From: Octopus sinensis
Lineage: Eukaryota
Reading direction: 5' to 3'
Length of the DNA stretch: 64,000 nucleotides
Assembly (NCBI RefSeq): GCF_006345805.1
Contig: NW_021833432.1
Location: 1-64,000 of the forward strand
Numbering within the stretch: the first letter of the stretch is position 1; the number at the start of each line of letters is the position of its first letter. Made by a program: the position numbers and the translations under genes. This document shows positions 23,654-36,683 of the stretch, piece after piece. The notes beneath the pieces were generated by a model, which had not been told where the DNA came from, did no database searches, and was given only the letters and a program-made list of their open reading frames with translations.

Positions 23654-24959
23654 ATGTAAAGCAGATGAACCAATTTGTTTGATTAAGATGAATATTAGGA
23701 GTAAATAAAGAAGAATAACATCACCAACATCATTATCGTCGTCGTTGTCGTCGTCATCATCGTCATCATCCTCGTCGTCTTCGTCGTCATCATCATTATC
23801 TTCATCACCAACATCCTCCTTCTTTTCCTCTTCCCCTTCCCTTCCCTCTTCCTCCTCCTCCTTCTTCTCCTCCTCCCCTCCACACTCACCTCCTCCTCAC
23901 CATACCCACCTCCTCCCCTCCTCCTCCGTCTTCGTTTCCCCCTCTTTCTCCTCCTCCATCTCCTCCTCATCATCATCATCAGCAGCAACTGCAGCAGCAA
24001 CAGCGACAACGGTAAATGCTTTTATCGAGTCTCAATAATCGCCGTTTGTGCTGTGCATGGCTGAATGTTTGTCTGTAGCAGCAGATTCTAGAGACGTGTT
24101 ATATTTATATTCGCCTATTTCATGTCGTAATCGCAGAAATTTAATAATATCAAGTGAGACATCAACATTTATCATTAATATAAAATTATATTTGATACTC
24201 TTGTTTATTTCAAAATTGAACCGGTAAAGTTGCTGCCATTATTGGTGTTGGATGTAATCTAAATGTCAGGGGAAAATAAAATAGAATATCTAGTTTGTGT
24301 TCAGGCTTAGGTCAAACGTTAATAAACAATTTATGATATAGACACACGCGAGGACATGTAAGATAAGGAACACTAAAACTAAATTGATTCCGAAGTTGTT
24401 TTTAAATGGATGCAGTAAGCTAGCATAAAACGAGTATAAACACAGACATGAGTGTGTCGGTAAAAGAGAGCATTTCGGTGTTTGCAAACTTTGTAGACTC
24501 AAAGCGATAGAAAAGCAGTATGAATATGATACAGCGGCTGTAATGGTGAACGATAATTAGGAAGTTTTTTAGAAATTTCTTCATAAAAACTGATCATGCT
24601 ATTGAAGCAAAGAATCTAGGGAGGAGTGTAGAGGACAAAAACAAAACAAACAAACAAAGGGTGTGAGATCATAAACTTTGCAAAAGAAAAATCAGGTAGG
24701 GAAAATGTTCATGGGATTAAGTCTACCACAGAGAGAAAAGGATCTCTTTAGTCCTGGCTGGTAAATCTAGAGACGGTGTCTCGGTGGTTGTGACATCTCA
24801 TCAAAATTATCCTCTTCATGAGTGTAATGTCAAATAAAAATCATCACAACTGCGTTTAGGAGACCCGAACCCTGATTGAGGTTTCTCGCACGGCAAGCGC
24901 TTTACTGCGCAATCGAGTGGACCTGGCCGTTATCCAAATACTGCTACAAAGATTAGGAG

Positions 24960-25335
24960 AAAATGGAATATTGTTACGGTAGCGAGCCTACCAAAAGTGG
25001 ATACCGGAAAAGAATGCATGAAATTTGGACAGAGAAATACATGTTCTCTATCTCAAATCAAAGACTTTCAGAATTAAAAAATTCAATTTGTGGAAAAGCA
25101 GTGGCTAAATCCAACTGGATACCGGTAGTAATAGGAGCAATTGGCACAACACACACAAAAAAGGTTACCAAAAAGACTGCAAGAAACTGGAATTGAAATT
25201 CACATTGTCAACCTACAGAAAAGTTTCATTCTATATTCTGCAAGAATTCTTAGAAAGATTCTTGAGATTTGAGGAGACTTGTTGTTACCAAACATCAAAA
25301 GAAAACGCCTGATAAATTTGCATGGAATAGCGAAA
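24960..25335 (+). mobile_element. Dong/R4-type LINE, internally deleted (N-terminal motif joined to C-terminal end), followed by (TAA)n
   Basis: CYGSEPTKSGYRKRMHEIWTE..SNQRL (N-terminal) then IPVVIGAIG (end of restriction-like endonuclease). Confidence 0.65.
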
Positions 25336-25389
25336 TAATAATAATAATAATAATATTAATATTAATAATAATAATAATACCAAACTAAC

Positions 25390-25975
25390 GTTCTCCAAAA
25401 CAGTTTTGACCCCACATGCATTCTGGGATAAATTTGATGAATCAATGGGCCATCTCGTCTCGGGATGTCCTGTGCTGACACCGAAAGAATACAAAAATCT
25501 CCACAATAGGGTAGGACAGTTTTTAGATTAGAAAATATTTAAACACTACAAAACCAGCACTCCTGCTTACTGGAATGAACATCATCCTGAGCCAGTCATT
25601 GAATGTGAAAACGTCACTATCCTCTGAGATTTTCCAGTCAACACTGCCAGAAAGATCCAGGCTATTCGACGAGACATAGTCGTTAAAGACGGGCAAGAAA
25701 ATACTTTTAGACTAATAGATATGTGTTCCCACTGATAAAATTATATCTGCAAAGGAATTTGACAAATGACGTAAATATAAGGACCTGAAAATTGAAATAC
25801 AAAAGATGTGGCATCTTAAGGCGAGAATTGTTCTTTTTATTTTGGGTGCTCTACGCATGATATGAGAGGGATGTCAGAAATATCTTGATAATATCCCAGG
25901 AGAATCATGTCTCAGAGATATTCAAAAGATTGTGTTGAGATGTATTGCCCACGTCCTTAGAAAACTGTCTGTGTT
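25390..25975 (+). mobile_element. Dong/R4-type LINE 3' fragment: CCHC finger and restriction-like endonuclease
   Basis: ESMGHLVSGCPVLTPKEYKNLHNRVG, EHHPEPVIECENVTIL*DFPV, RRDIVVKD, KYKDLKIEIQKMWHLK; multiple stops. Confidence 0.8.
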
Positions 25976-26124
25976 GCATTGCATGAAGATATTTCGCTAC
26001 TACACCTTTCACTCTCCCTCCCTCAACCTTTCAGTCATATTGTACTACCTCTCATCCTTCACTCACCTTTGGACACTGGGTGTGTCTCTGCAAGTGGTTG
26101 TAACAAACATGCAGATTAAAAGTA

Positions 26125-26204
<80 letters not shown>

Positions 26205-27492
26205 TGTAATATGTATCTCTGGTAGGTTCGGCTGTTGATGCTTCCGTGCCAGGAGAGATTGCTTCGAACAGGAAATCTCTTCCTGTAGCACTGCTATGCC
26301 AAAGACTTTGCAAATTGTCCATTATCTTCGACCCAAAAGCCCCCTGAAGGAGGCTACTCAGATTATTCTAGTCATAGTCAATCGTAGGCCATCGTCGCTC
26401 ATTCCTTCAACTACCCCCTAACGATTTTGTCCTGCTGGTACAATTCAGTGAGCGCTTGGCAACTTTCTAATGCCAAACGCCCAACTTTGGCCCAGGTCTA
26501 ACCTATGACTACAGCTCTGTCAATGAGATGATCTGCGGAAAGACGTGTCAAACGAATGACGCCCATGCCAGTTCACTCTTGCTTTCGTTGCCAGCGAATA
26601 AATATGATGGTCATTCTCGTCGATTTCCACGTATGAGTGTTTGAAGGAAAGAATTTAGAAAAAGAATACGATTAAGGATAAAAAAAAGCTGCACCTATTT
26701 GCGATGGGTGCGTAAATGTAGTTTGAGTCCAGATATGGATTTTGCTATGAAACCACGATGGAAACAATGACGATCTTGATTTATGCCTGGAATTGAACAA
26801 ATGTGATAAATATGCTGAAAGTAAGATATAATCATTTTATTGTTCTGTTTCTTAAATTTAAGTTTTTAGAATTTGGTATCAATGTCGATGAAGAGGGTAC
26901 ATTTGGATTTTCAAAAGAAAAATTGCAAACACAGATTCCTTATAATCCCTAAAAGTGCTGCTCTCTCTTTGGGATTGTCATTAATCTGACGAGCGTGAGA
27001 TTGCAACAAGGGGCCGACCGGAGTGGGAGGCCTGTTTCGTATTCATGTTTCTAGAACTTGTTACTATCGGGGCTGGTCGCTGTGCATTGTTTAGATTTAA
27101 ATACTGTATTTTTAAACACTCTCTTTATAAGAGAAGATAGACTGCTACGGTCTCCAAAATCGCGCTTTGGATTTTAATATAAGAGGTACCAATGCTTTGC
27201 ATGTAGCCCCAACTGAATTATAGAAGTAAAGAAGTGCAGTGAGAGTGTGCAGTTTGCAGCTATGGATAGTTTTTCTTTCTGTTTATTAAGAACTGATCGC
27301 AAGATTATAAGGGGATCGGAGTCGTAACTGACATTTTCGGGAGCAGCGGTAAATAGCAAATCCAAAGTGTTTGTTACATCTTACAGAAAAAGGTGAATAC
27401 ACGGGACCAGTTCGAAACCAGTAAAGAAACCATTGACGATTTTAAACCAGCGAAGGGTTTCCGAATCAAACTCTTGGTAATTGAAATGTGTT

Positions 27493-28445
27493 CATGTATG
27501 TATGTATGTATGTATGTATGTATGTATGTATGTATGTATGTATGTATGTATGTATGTATGTATGTATGTATGTGTGCATGTGTGCATGTATGTATGCATG
27601 TAAGTATGCATGCATGTATGCATGTAAGTATACATGCATGTGTGCATGTATGTATATATGTGTGCATGTATGTGTGTGTACATGTATGTATGTATATATG
27701 TATGTGTGTATGTATGTATATGTGTGTATGCATGTATGTATCTACATGTGTATGTATGTGTGTATGTATGTATGTATGTATGTATGTATGTATGTGCGTA
27801 TGTATTTAGGTATGTATGTGTGTATGTATTTATGTATGTATTTATGTGTGTATGTATTTATGTGTGTATGTATTTATATATATATATGTATATATTTTTG
27901 TATGTATATATGTATGTATTTATGTATGTATGTATATATGTATGTATGTATTTATGCATGTATGTATTTTTTGTATGTGTATGTACGTATGTATGTGTAT
28001 GTATGTGTGTATGTATGTATGTATGTAATTTATGTATTTTTGCATGTACGTATGTATGTATTAATATATGTATGAATTTACGTATGTATGTACGTATTTA
28101 TATATGTATGTATATATTAATGTACGTACGTATGTATGTATGTATGTATGTATGTATTATGTATTATGTATGTATGTATGTATTTATGCATGTACGTATC
28201 TATTTATGTATGCATGTATGTATGTATGTATTGACGTATGTAGGTATTTATGTACGTATATATTTATGTATGTAAGTATTGATGTATGTAAGTATGTATG
28301 TATGTATATATGTATGTATGTATGTATTGTTGTATGTATGGAGGTATTTATGTACGTATATATTTTTGTATATAAGTATGTATGTATGTATGTATGTATG
28401 TATGTATGTATGTATGTATGTATGTATGTATGTATGTACGTATAT
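27493..28445. repeat. Large degenerate (TATG)n microsatellite
   Basis: Directly visible; source of many MYVC/HTYI pseudo-ORFs. Confidence 0.95.
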
Positions 28446-29539
28446 ATACGTGTAGATATGCATATTTTGTTTTTATATATGTTTTTTCGTGCATTTGGTT
28501 TCATATATACTTAAATGGTAAACTACTGGAAAGTTCTACAGATTTTTACAGCTCCAGTGATGGATTGGATCTGTAGTCTTCGAATCAGCTTTCTCCTTTC
28601 TGGTTTTGAGAAATCTAATTTCTCAAGATTGGCATTTAGGCAGTGTGTTACATAATGCAGTGTCCCAATAATTACAGGTATAAAAGTGAACTTGCAATTT
28701 GGATAGAGTAACTGAAGATTGCTTAATTGTTCAGTATTTGTCTGTGAGAGACTGCTTCGGTGTATGTATGCATGTATGCGGGCGTGCAGGTGTGTATTGC
28801 CTGCTTTTGCTGCATTTCTCTAAACTAGATGCACTATGATGTCTGAAGAATGCACTATGATGGCATGATAGCGTACAGCTATCAAGCCATTGACAATGTC
28901 TATGTTGGATTAAGACTAGGCACCGTCATTGCGGTTTGTTCGTGAATTGGACTGGTACTTCTAAAAAAGACATCTAAATATCAGTCGTAACCTTCAAATA
29001 TTTATTTTTAAAAATCCAGCATGGGAGATAACTCTTAAGTTTTACTCTTTAGAGTTATTCCCCTTGACAACTTTATTCTTGATTCTAAATTTCCATTCCA
29101 CCTTGTAATTAAAAAAAAGGGGGAACACTGGCGGCAAGTGGAAAGATGAACCCACAACTACTATTACTTATTAAATAAACTCTCTTACAAATATAGGCGT
29201 ACAACGTATGAAGGGCGCATGAGTAATAAATTAGTTGCCTTACACCATAAGTTAGTCTACCGCAATGTCAATGCAAATGATTCGATCTCTGTAAAAATCA
29301 ACCCACAAAAGAACAGGTTGCATGGCTAATGGAAATCAGTATGGAAAACAAATGATCAATAAAACAAACAAGCTATATGATTAAAATAACTGGAGCATGA
29401 CTACTGCAGGCATATCCAGCATAAGCAATTTTAAATAGATGGCGAAATATTGGAAACAGTTCTATAGTTCTATAGGAAATTTTCGCCTTCGATCGTTGTA
29501 TGGAGAAAATATGAAGAACTGCTCAAATGATTAACGACT

Positions 29540-29947
29540 GTAACTACTCTCCACATCCCTCAAAATAGCCAAACCCTTGCTAAAATTTACCGCATAATAG
29601 GGTAAAGATAAAGGCCTCATTCGGTCATGAATGACCATAGGATTGCAGTTTGAAAGTTCCCCTCCGAGACATAAGTCCAGGCAGATTTGTTTATGGAAGA
29701 CCAGCAGTCGCCCTTGCACATCAGCTCTCCCTCTTCACGCCATTCCTGTTTTCCAAGGGAAATGCAAACGGGCCGATACAGCATCGTACCAGCAAACGTC
29801 GCAACATGAATATACAGATGAGTGAACTGGAGCATGAATATAAAGTGTCTCGCTCAAGAACACAACACGAGCCCCGTCAGGGAATCGAACTCACAACCTC
29901 ATAGTAGTGAGCCCGAGGCTCTAACCACTGAGCTATGTACCTTCACC
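29540..29947 (-). mobile_element. CORE-type SINE, family D
   Basis: Minus strand: ggtgaaggtacatagctcagtggttagagcctc...gagttcgattccc head and gtgttgtgttcttgagcgagacacttt core. Confidence 0.7.
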
Positions 29948-30133
29948 GCCCAGTAGTCTGCCCGAACGTTTATGTGTAAGCTTTCCACTTGGTGCCTCAA
30001 ACTGTTCTTGCAGGATATTTGTGCTACCAACAACAATATAACACCTGAGCAAGTTAGATGTAAAAAAGTGGCGTGGAGCTGTATACTGCAGTAACTAATT
30101 AACAAAATGATCCAAGAAAAAAAAAGACAACAA

Positions 30134-31385
30134 TCGCAGCAACTCAACCGTTGTGACTGGACTACCAGAAGGCTTTCGATAGTAAGCCACATGGGTCGAT
30201 TAACAGGGCTTTACAGTTAGCCAATATTCAACCATCACCGGCGAGTGCTATTGAACGCCTGACCAAAACCTGGCGCATCACGTTGTACCTTAAGAGTGAT
30301 AAGTTTCAAATCGAGTCGGAGAGAATCCATTACCTGAAAGCATCTTTCAAGGTGATAGCCTGTCGGTGTTACTCTTTGTCCTCTCATTAAATCCACTGTC
30401 ATACCTGCTCACAAAAAAATAGTGACCAAAGAAATGGATCCAGAAGTATCTCTCATGTTTTCTTTGCCGACGGCATGAAAATGTATGGATAAAATGTATG
30501 CATAAAAAGCAATTGAACTTATAAGCCAATTTTCTATAGACATTAGGATGAAATTTGGTGAGTCTAAATGTGCTTTTTGACAGTAAAGCAAGGAAAGGTT
30601 GTGTACATTCCTCTGAAATCCTAAGAATAACTGGCTTGGCAATACAACCTCAAAAGTCAGGTGACAATTATAGATATTTCGGACGGGATGCAAATGTCAG
30701 ATATGATGCACCTGTAAATAAGGAGAAGACCAGAAATGAATATCCACGGTCATTAGAAATTTCAGCTTACAACAAACATTTTCCACAACGCCTTTGCAGT
30801 GCCTGTCCTCACGCCTACATTAGTTCTTCTGAACTGAATGGGGGAGATGTTCGAATCAATGGAGATACAGACAGTCTATATTCCCCACGCAATGAAGGTG
30901 GCTGTGGTCTCAAATCTATACTGATGTCATTTGAAGCACGGATTGTGACACTGAAACGACATCTGCAGCAGAGGAAAGAGACCAATAAATATCGTGTCTA
31001 AGTTTTTACTATCACACGAACAACATAAAAAGGCCAGATATTGTTGTGTGGGACCATAAAGAAAAGACATGCTGAGTTTTGGAAATCAGTTTCCCACTGA
31101 TCACTGGGCTTCTTTATACGACGGGCTTCTTTCAGTTTCCGTCTGCCAAATCTACTCACAAGGCTTTAGCCGGCCCTATGATATAGTAGAAGACACTTGC
31201 CCGAGGTGCCACGCAGTGGGACTGAACCCGGAACCATGTGGTTGGTAAGCAAGCTATTTACCACGCACTCACTCCTGTGCCTATATAGAACATCTATAGC
31301 ACATTGATAAGAAGTTTGCAAATCCAGTACCCAAGATACACTTTCAGCTTCCTACCCATTATTATTGGAGCAATAGGCTACATCA
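30134..31385 (+). mobile_element. Decayed Dong/R4-type LINE: RT and endonuclease, interrupted by a SINE at 31118-31285
   Basis: DYQKAFDS.PH, FQGDSLSVLLFVLSLNPLS, FADGMK, LYSPRNEGGCGL, RPDIVVWDHKEK; PIIIGAIG after the SINE. Confidence 0.85.
31118..31285 (-). mobile_element. SINE family A head and core
   Basis: acgacgggcttctttcagtttcc...gtgccacgcagtgggactgaacccggaaccatgtgg...actcctgtgcctat. Confidence 0.85.
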
Positions 31386-32233
31386 GGCACGTAGCTACGG
31401 TGCGGGGGGGGGGCTATGGGGTGCTCAGCACCCCCAGTTAGAATCGCTGCCCCTCCACCCCAGTATGAGAAAGCTAAAAGTCCAATATCTGAAGTCGCTA
31501 AAGATGCAATTTCTTTGGATTTAGTAGTTAGTGATATGAAAATATGGGTATATTAAAGCTGGTCAAAGTGTTTGTTGTAGCTGTAACTGTTGTAGCAGAA
31601 TTGGCTGCTGACCCGGTCATCAACTGTACGTTGAATCAAGGAGTGGGGGATGCTGGGTCAGTTGTTGTTGTTGTTGTTGTGGTGGTGCTCGTGGTGGCGA
31701 CGGCGGTGCTGGTGATCGTCTTTGTTGCTGTTGAAAATTTATGGTAGTAAACGCATCACTTACATATATATATGAACAGAGACGGACATTAAAAAGTCTA
31801 ACCCTAGTCAGAGAGGATTATTATTGGCGAAAAAGGGAAGAAAATTTTTGAAATTTCCCAAAATATACATTCAGAAAGTATTTTTCAGGTGAGAGCTTTC
31901 ACTGAATAATTTTTCTTACTCTTTGAACAAAGTTTATACCGAAATTATTTTGTGTTTAACTAAAAAAGCATAACTTTGAAGAAATTGAAAAAAAAAATTG
32001 CTTGAACCGAGATCTCTTTCGAGTTTAATTTAAAAATACATAAATTGTTACTCTTACTACGCTTCTCTGCCCTAGGTGTACGGAAAACACTCGACGAGAA
32101 ATAGAAGAAAACTTGAAGAAAGAAGGAAAAAAATAAATAATAACATCTAAAAATACCTTGGGAATGAGAACCCAGGTTCGAAATTTCCATTTCAACAGTA
32201 TTTAACCACAACTTGCTACCTATTTCCCTACGC
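31383..32233. mobile_element. Possible non-autonomous DNA transposon with short imperfect TIRs
   Basis: Left caggcacgtagctacgg plus G-run, right cctacgctactg; no clear TSD. Confidence 0.3.
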
Positions 32234-32234
32234 T

Positions 32235-32370
32235 ACTGATCTAAATCTTGGTATTTGCTAATTTCCACTCAGTACAATGCCCATGAGGTCGTCTCTTCCT
32301 TTGGAATAAATATGTCTTTTATGGTCCCACACAACAATATCTGGCGGGTTATGTTAGCCTTTTCATGTTT
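32235..32370 (-). mobile_element. Dong/R4 endonuclease fragment, inverted relative to 30134-31385
   Basis: Minus strand HNPPDIVVWDHKR, same motif as 31030-31070. Confidence 0.6.
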
Positions 32371-32626
32371 TTCGTTTCATAGTCACAAATTTAGGATAGT
32401 TCATCTCCTCGGGACAGTATAACTACATCAGGCGTGGCACACATATAGTCCAACCATATTCGATCTCTATCCCAATGGTTCACAACCGGAGTCCATATCA
32501 GATATTGTAGCTAAAAGTTATATGCAATAAATTAGTTTTTCTTCTACAATACACAAAGCATTTTAACAACTGTTGTGTGTGGGGAGAATCATTCTCTTTT
32601 CGGGCCTTATAATTAAACACAGACAC

Positions 32627-32778
32627 CGGTAAAATTTCCACTTATTTCCTTATTTATTTATCTAAAATTTCCGTTGCGTTTTGCAAACTTTTCGATAGTT
32701 TTGACTCTAACGAAAAGGTTGCTAGAAGCAACGAAAATTTTAGAAAGATAATGAAGGAAATGACTGGAACTTTTACCG
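32627..32778. repeat. Diverged palindrome, ~72-bp arms
   Basis: cggtaaaatttccacttatttccttat...ttgcaaacttttcgatag / ctaacgaaaaggttgc...aaggaaatgactggaacttttaccg. Confidence 0.7.
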
Positions 32779-33385
32779 AGTATAAGGCACTAAAAGAGGA
32801 TGACTGTCCTCAGACAACAGAATGTGCTTCAACACACGAACTCACATAAAGATTCTTGCAAACCAAATCCAAAAAACGAAATATTTTAACAACCTTTTAA
32901 TACAATTCCTAATCATATTTAAATATTAAAATGTAATACGATTTTTGAAACATCGAATTATATACATACATGCATACATGCATAAATACATATATACATC
33001 GATTTTTGAAACATCGAATGTTTATGGGGGTACAACATGGCAAAATATGAATCAAAGTACAAAAAGCGAAAGTAACAATTGGTTTTTCGTGGAGTTTATG
33101 TTCTTAAGAGAGTTCGAACCGGTTGCTAACAAAGCAACAGGACTCTCTGAATTAAGTGAAACACCGGTGTTTGTGTATATATGGGTGAGTTGGAATGCTG
33201 GTTGAACTGTGAATGCATATATACGAATCTCACGTGGAGAATCTCTGGAACTGGATTTTCTTACAAATCTTTTCTGTGTCACTAATAGACTGGATTTGTA
33301 GAATCCACGCTGGCTTCTTTTTCTCTTTTCCTGCGAAACCAAGTATTTCTAGGTTTTACTGCAAATTTGTTAATACATCTCTGAC

Positions 33386-33401
33386 GATGTGTATGTATGT
33401 C

Positions 33402-33433
<32 letters not shown>

Positions 33434-34051
33434 TGTATGTGTATGTATGTATGTATGTATGTATGTATGTATGTATATATGCATGCATGCATGTATATAT
33501 GCATGCATGCATGTATGTATGTATGTATGTACGTATGTATGTATTCTCATAGAAGCCCATGCAACTGCTACACGTCCGTCGAATCCATGTATGTATGTAT
33601 GTATGTATGTATGCATGTATGCATGCATGTATGTATTAATTTATGTATGCATGTATGTATTTATTTATATATGTATGTATTTATTTATTTATATATGTAT
33701 GTATGTATTTATTTATTTATATATGTATGTATTTATTTATATATGTATGTATGTATGTATTTATTTATATATGTATGTATGTATATATTATATATGTATG
33801 TATGTATTTATTTGTATGTATTTATGTATGTGTATACATGTATGTATGCATGCATGTATGCATGTATGTATGTATGCATACATGTATGCATGTATGTATG
33901 TATGCATGTATGCATGTACGTATGTATGCATGTATGCATGTACGTATGCATGTATGCATGTTATATGTATATATGTATATATGCATGTATGTATGTATGT
34001 ATGTATGTATGTATGTATGTATGTATGTATGTATGTATGTATGTATGTATG
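33386..34051. repeat. Degenerate (TATG)n/(TATT)n microsatellite
   Basis: Directly visible. Confidence 0.95.
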
Positions 34052-34363
34052 GATTCTCATAGAAGCCTATGCATTGTTACTCAGGTCCTTCGAATACAAA
34101 TAACGTAAAGATTTTTATATTCAAGGGAGGTAACTTACTCAAACTGGCAAATAGGCATGTCTGAGTACATTCCCTTACATAATTTTTATACGCTGATTGA
34201 CAGCACCTTAAATAGAGTTTTCGTTGATACGTAATAAATTTGGTAATCCATTCAACACCACATTTAACTATATACACGTACATGTATATATACCCTATTT
34301 TTCCGTGCATCAAAATTAGTTATTCCCTTACATTTTATGGATTTTTTCACTAGTAATATATAT

Positions 34364-34485
34364 CATGTTCAATATCACTCACTGCTTGGCACAATGGGCA
34401 GGTGCCTTCTACTATAGCCTTGGGCCGACCAAAGCCTTTCCAGTGGATCTGGTAGATGGAAATTAAAAGAAGCCCGTCGTGCATG

Positions 34486-34530
<45 letters not shown>

Positions 34531-34750
34531 GTTTGTGTGTGTAAGTGTGTGTGTGTATGTTTGTGTGTCTGTGTTTGGTACCGCCCCATCATCGCTTGAC
34601 AACTGCTGTGTAACCCGTAACTTTGCAAAAGAGAACAATAGAATTAGTACTAGCCTTACAAAGAATACGTTTTGTGGTCAGTTCGACAAAAGGCGTTGCT
34701 CTAGCACGGCCGCAATCAAATGACTGAAACAAATAAAGGAGTCAAAGAAT
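34364..34750 (+). mobile_element. SINE family A, diverged
   Basis: Core ccttctactatagccttgggccgacc; tail aaatgactgaaacaaataaag. Confidence 0.8.
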
Positions 34751-34781
34751 AATTATATATATGTATATATATATGCACGAC

Positions 34782-35061
34782 GGGAAAGTAGTTCAGATGC
34801 AAGTCCAACCGAATAGGAAGTCCAGTGAGGATCGAAGTGGGGTAACCAATCGAACGTATAATGGTGCAAAATTATCACAGAATTATTACTCAGTTTCATG
34901 TTCCCGTTCGTCTGATACTGACAGTCATAATACATTCATATATATACATATACATATATTTGTATATGTATATGTATCTATATATACATATACATATGTA
35001 TATATATACATATATGTATATGGATATACATAACTGTATATGTATACATATATACATACAA

Positions 35062-35120
<59 letters not shown>

Positions 35121-35147
35121 CACACATATATATATATATATACACAC

Positions 35148-35198
<51 letters not shown>

Positions 35199-35595
35199 CA
35201 TATATACATATATATACATATATGTATATGTATGTATATATATATACATGTTTGTATATATACATATATGTATATACGTATACATATATGTATGTATATA
35301 TGCATGTATATATGTATATGTATATGTATATATACATATACAGTTATCTATATCCATATACATATATGTATATATATACATATGTATATGTATATATAGA
35401 TACATATACATATACAAATATATGTATATGTATATATATGAATGTATTATGACTGTCAGTATCAGACGAACGGGAACATGAAACTGAGTAATAATTCTGT
35501 GATAATTTTGCACCATTATACGTTCGATTGGTTACCCCACTTCGATCCTCACTGGACTTCCTATTCGGTTGGACTTGCATCTGAACTACTTTCCC
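34782..35595. repeat. Near-perfect palindrome centred on a TA-rich microsatellite; arms ~265 bp or more
   Basis: gggaaagtagttcagatgc...gacagtcataatacattc(TA-rich) is the reverse complement of 35330-35595; no mismatch seen in the unique part. Confidence 0.95.
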
Positions 35596-35707
35596 AACAT
35601 TTCAGTATCTCTCCTCTTCCACAGACGAGAACTCCACCCGGATTACTACTGGATCTTTGTTCTCTTTTGGATCCCACTGACTATTATCGTTTATATATTT
35701 ATATATA

Positions 35708-35870
35708 TTTCTAGATTTTCCTGTCAAGTTTTCTAGATTTTCCGTCAAGTTTAGAAGTTTTTCTATCCAGTTTTCTAGTTTTTTTTTCCTCAAGTTTTCA
35801 ACTTTTCCTATCAAGTTCTCTAATTTTTCCGTCAAGTTTTCTACATCTTCTGTTAAGTTTTGTAGTTTAT
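35708..35870. repeat. ~22-bp degenerate minisatellite (ttctagattttccgtcaagtt)
   Basis: About 7 units visible. Confidence 0.75.
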
Positions 35871-36070
35871 AATTGAAGTTTTATCACTATTATCATTATG
35901 AAAATTACTCCCATAATTTTTTTACTATTGTCACATCTACTATTGTCATTAACAACTTTTGTACAAACGCGAGGGTGAAGAACAATTTATAGTCAATATA
36001 GAATGGAACATCTTCTGTGAAGAAGATATTTTGTATGTAAATATATATCAATATATATCAATATATATAT

Positions 36071-36457
36071 ATACAAAATAAGAAAATGGAGAAATACACC
36101 TTAATCTATAATCAACTACCAGATAATACCCATTCACATAATTTATTAACCAACGACATATGAACATCAAGGTCAAACATAATAGTACAGAACAGAACAG
36201 TGCACATCAATGAGTAATATGATACAATAAGTACAATATGTATATATAGTTTATATTTATATTTATATTTATTTATATTTATTTATACATATTGTACTTA
36301 TTGTTTCATATTACTCATTGATGTGCACTGTTCTGTTCTGTACTATTGTGTTTGACCTTGATGTTCATATGTCGTTGGTTAATAAATTATGTGAATGGGT
36401 ATCATCTGGTAGTTGATCATTGATTAAGATGTGTTTTTCCATTTTCTTATTTTGTAT
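36071..36457. repeat. Palindrome with ~174-bp arms and ~40-bp AT-rich spacer
   Basis: 36071-36244 vs 36284-36457; about 8 differences by eye. Confidence 0.92.
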
Positions 36458-36627
36458 TATGAATTTGTGGTAAAACATTTTACCTTCGCCATATAATACA
36501 ATAAATGAATTAATTGCATCGCAATTCTTAACATTTATGTATTAACTTTGTTGGGTGCTTTACTGGCAGTATATTGGATATATGTTATCCCATGGTGGGT
36601 TGCACTCACAACCCCTATCTCAATTTG

Positions 36628-36683
<56 letters not shown>

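Noticed and set aside
23695-24038. Poly-Ser / poly-Arg ORFs
   Set aside because: Low-complexity (TCC/TCA/GCA)n tract.
28835-28880. CTGAAGA atgc...gcat GATA motif
   Set aside because: GAAA is mutated and stems I and III do not pair; at most a dead remnant.
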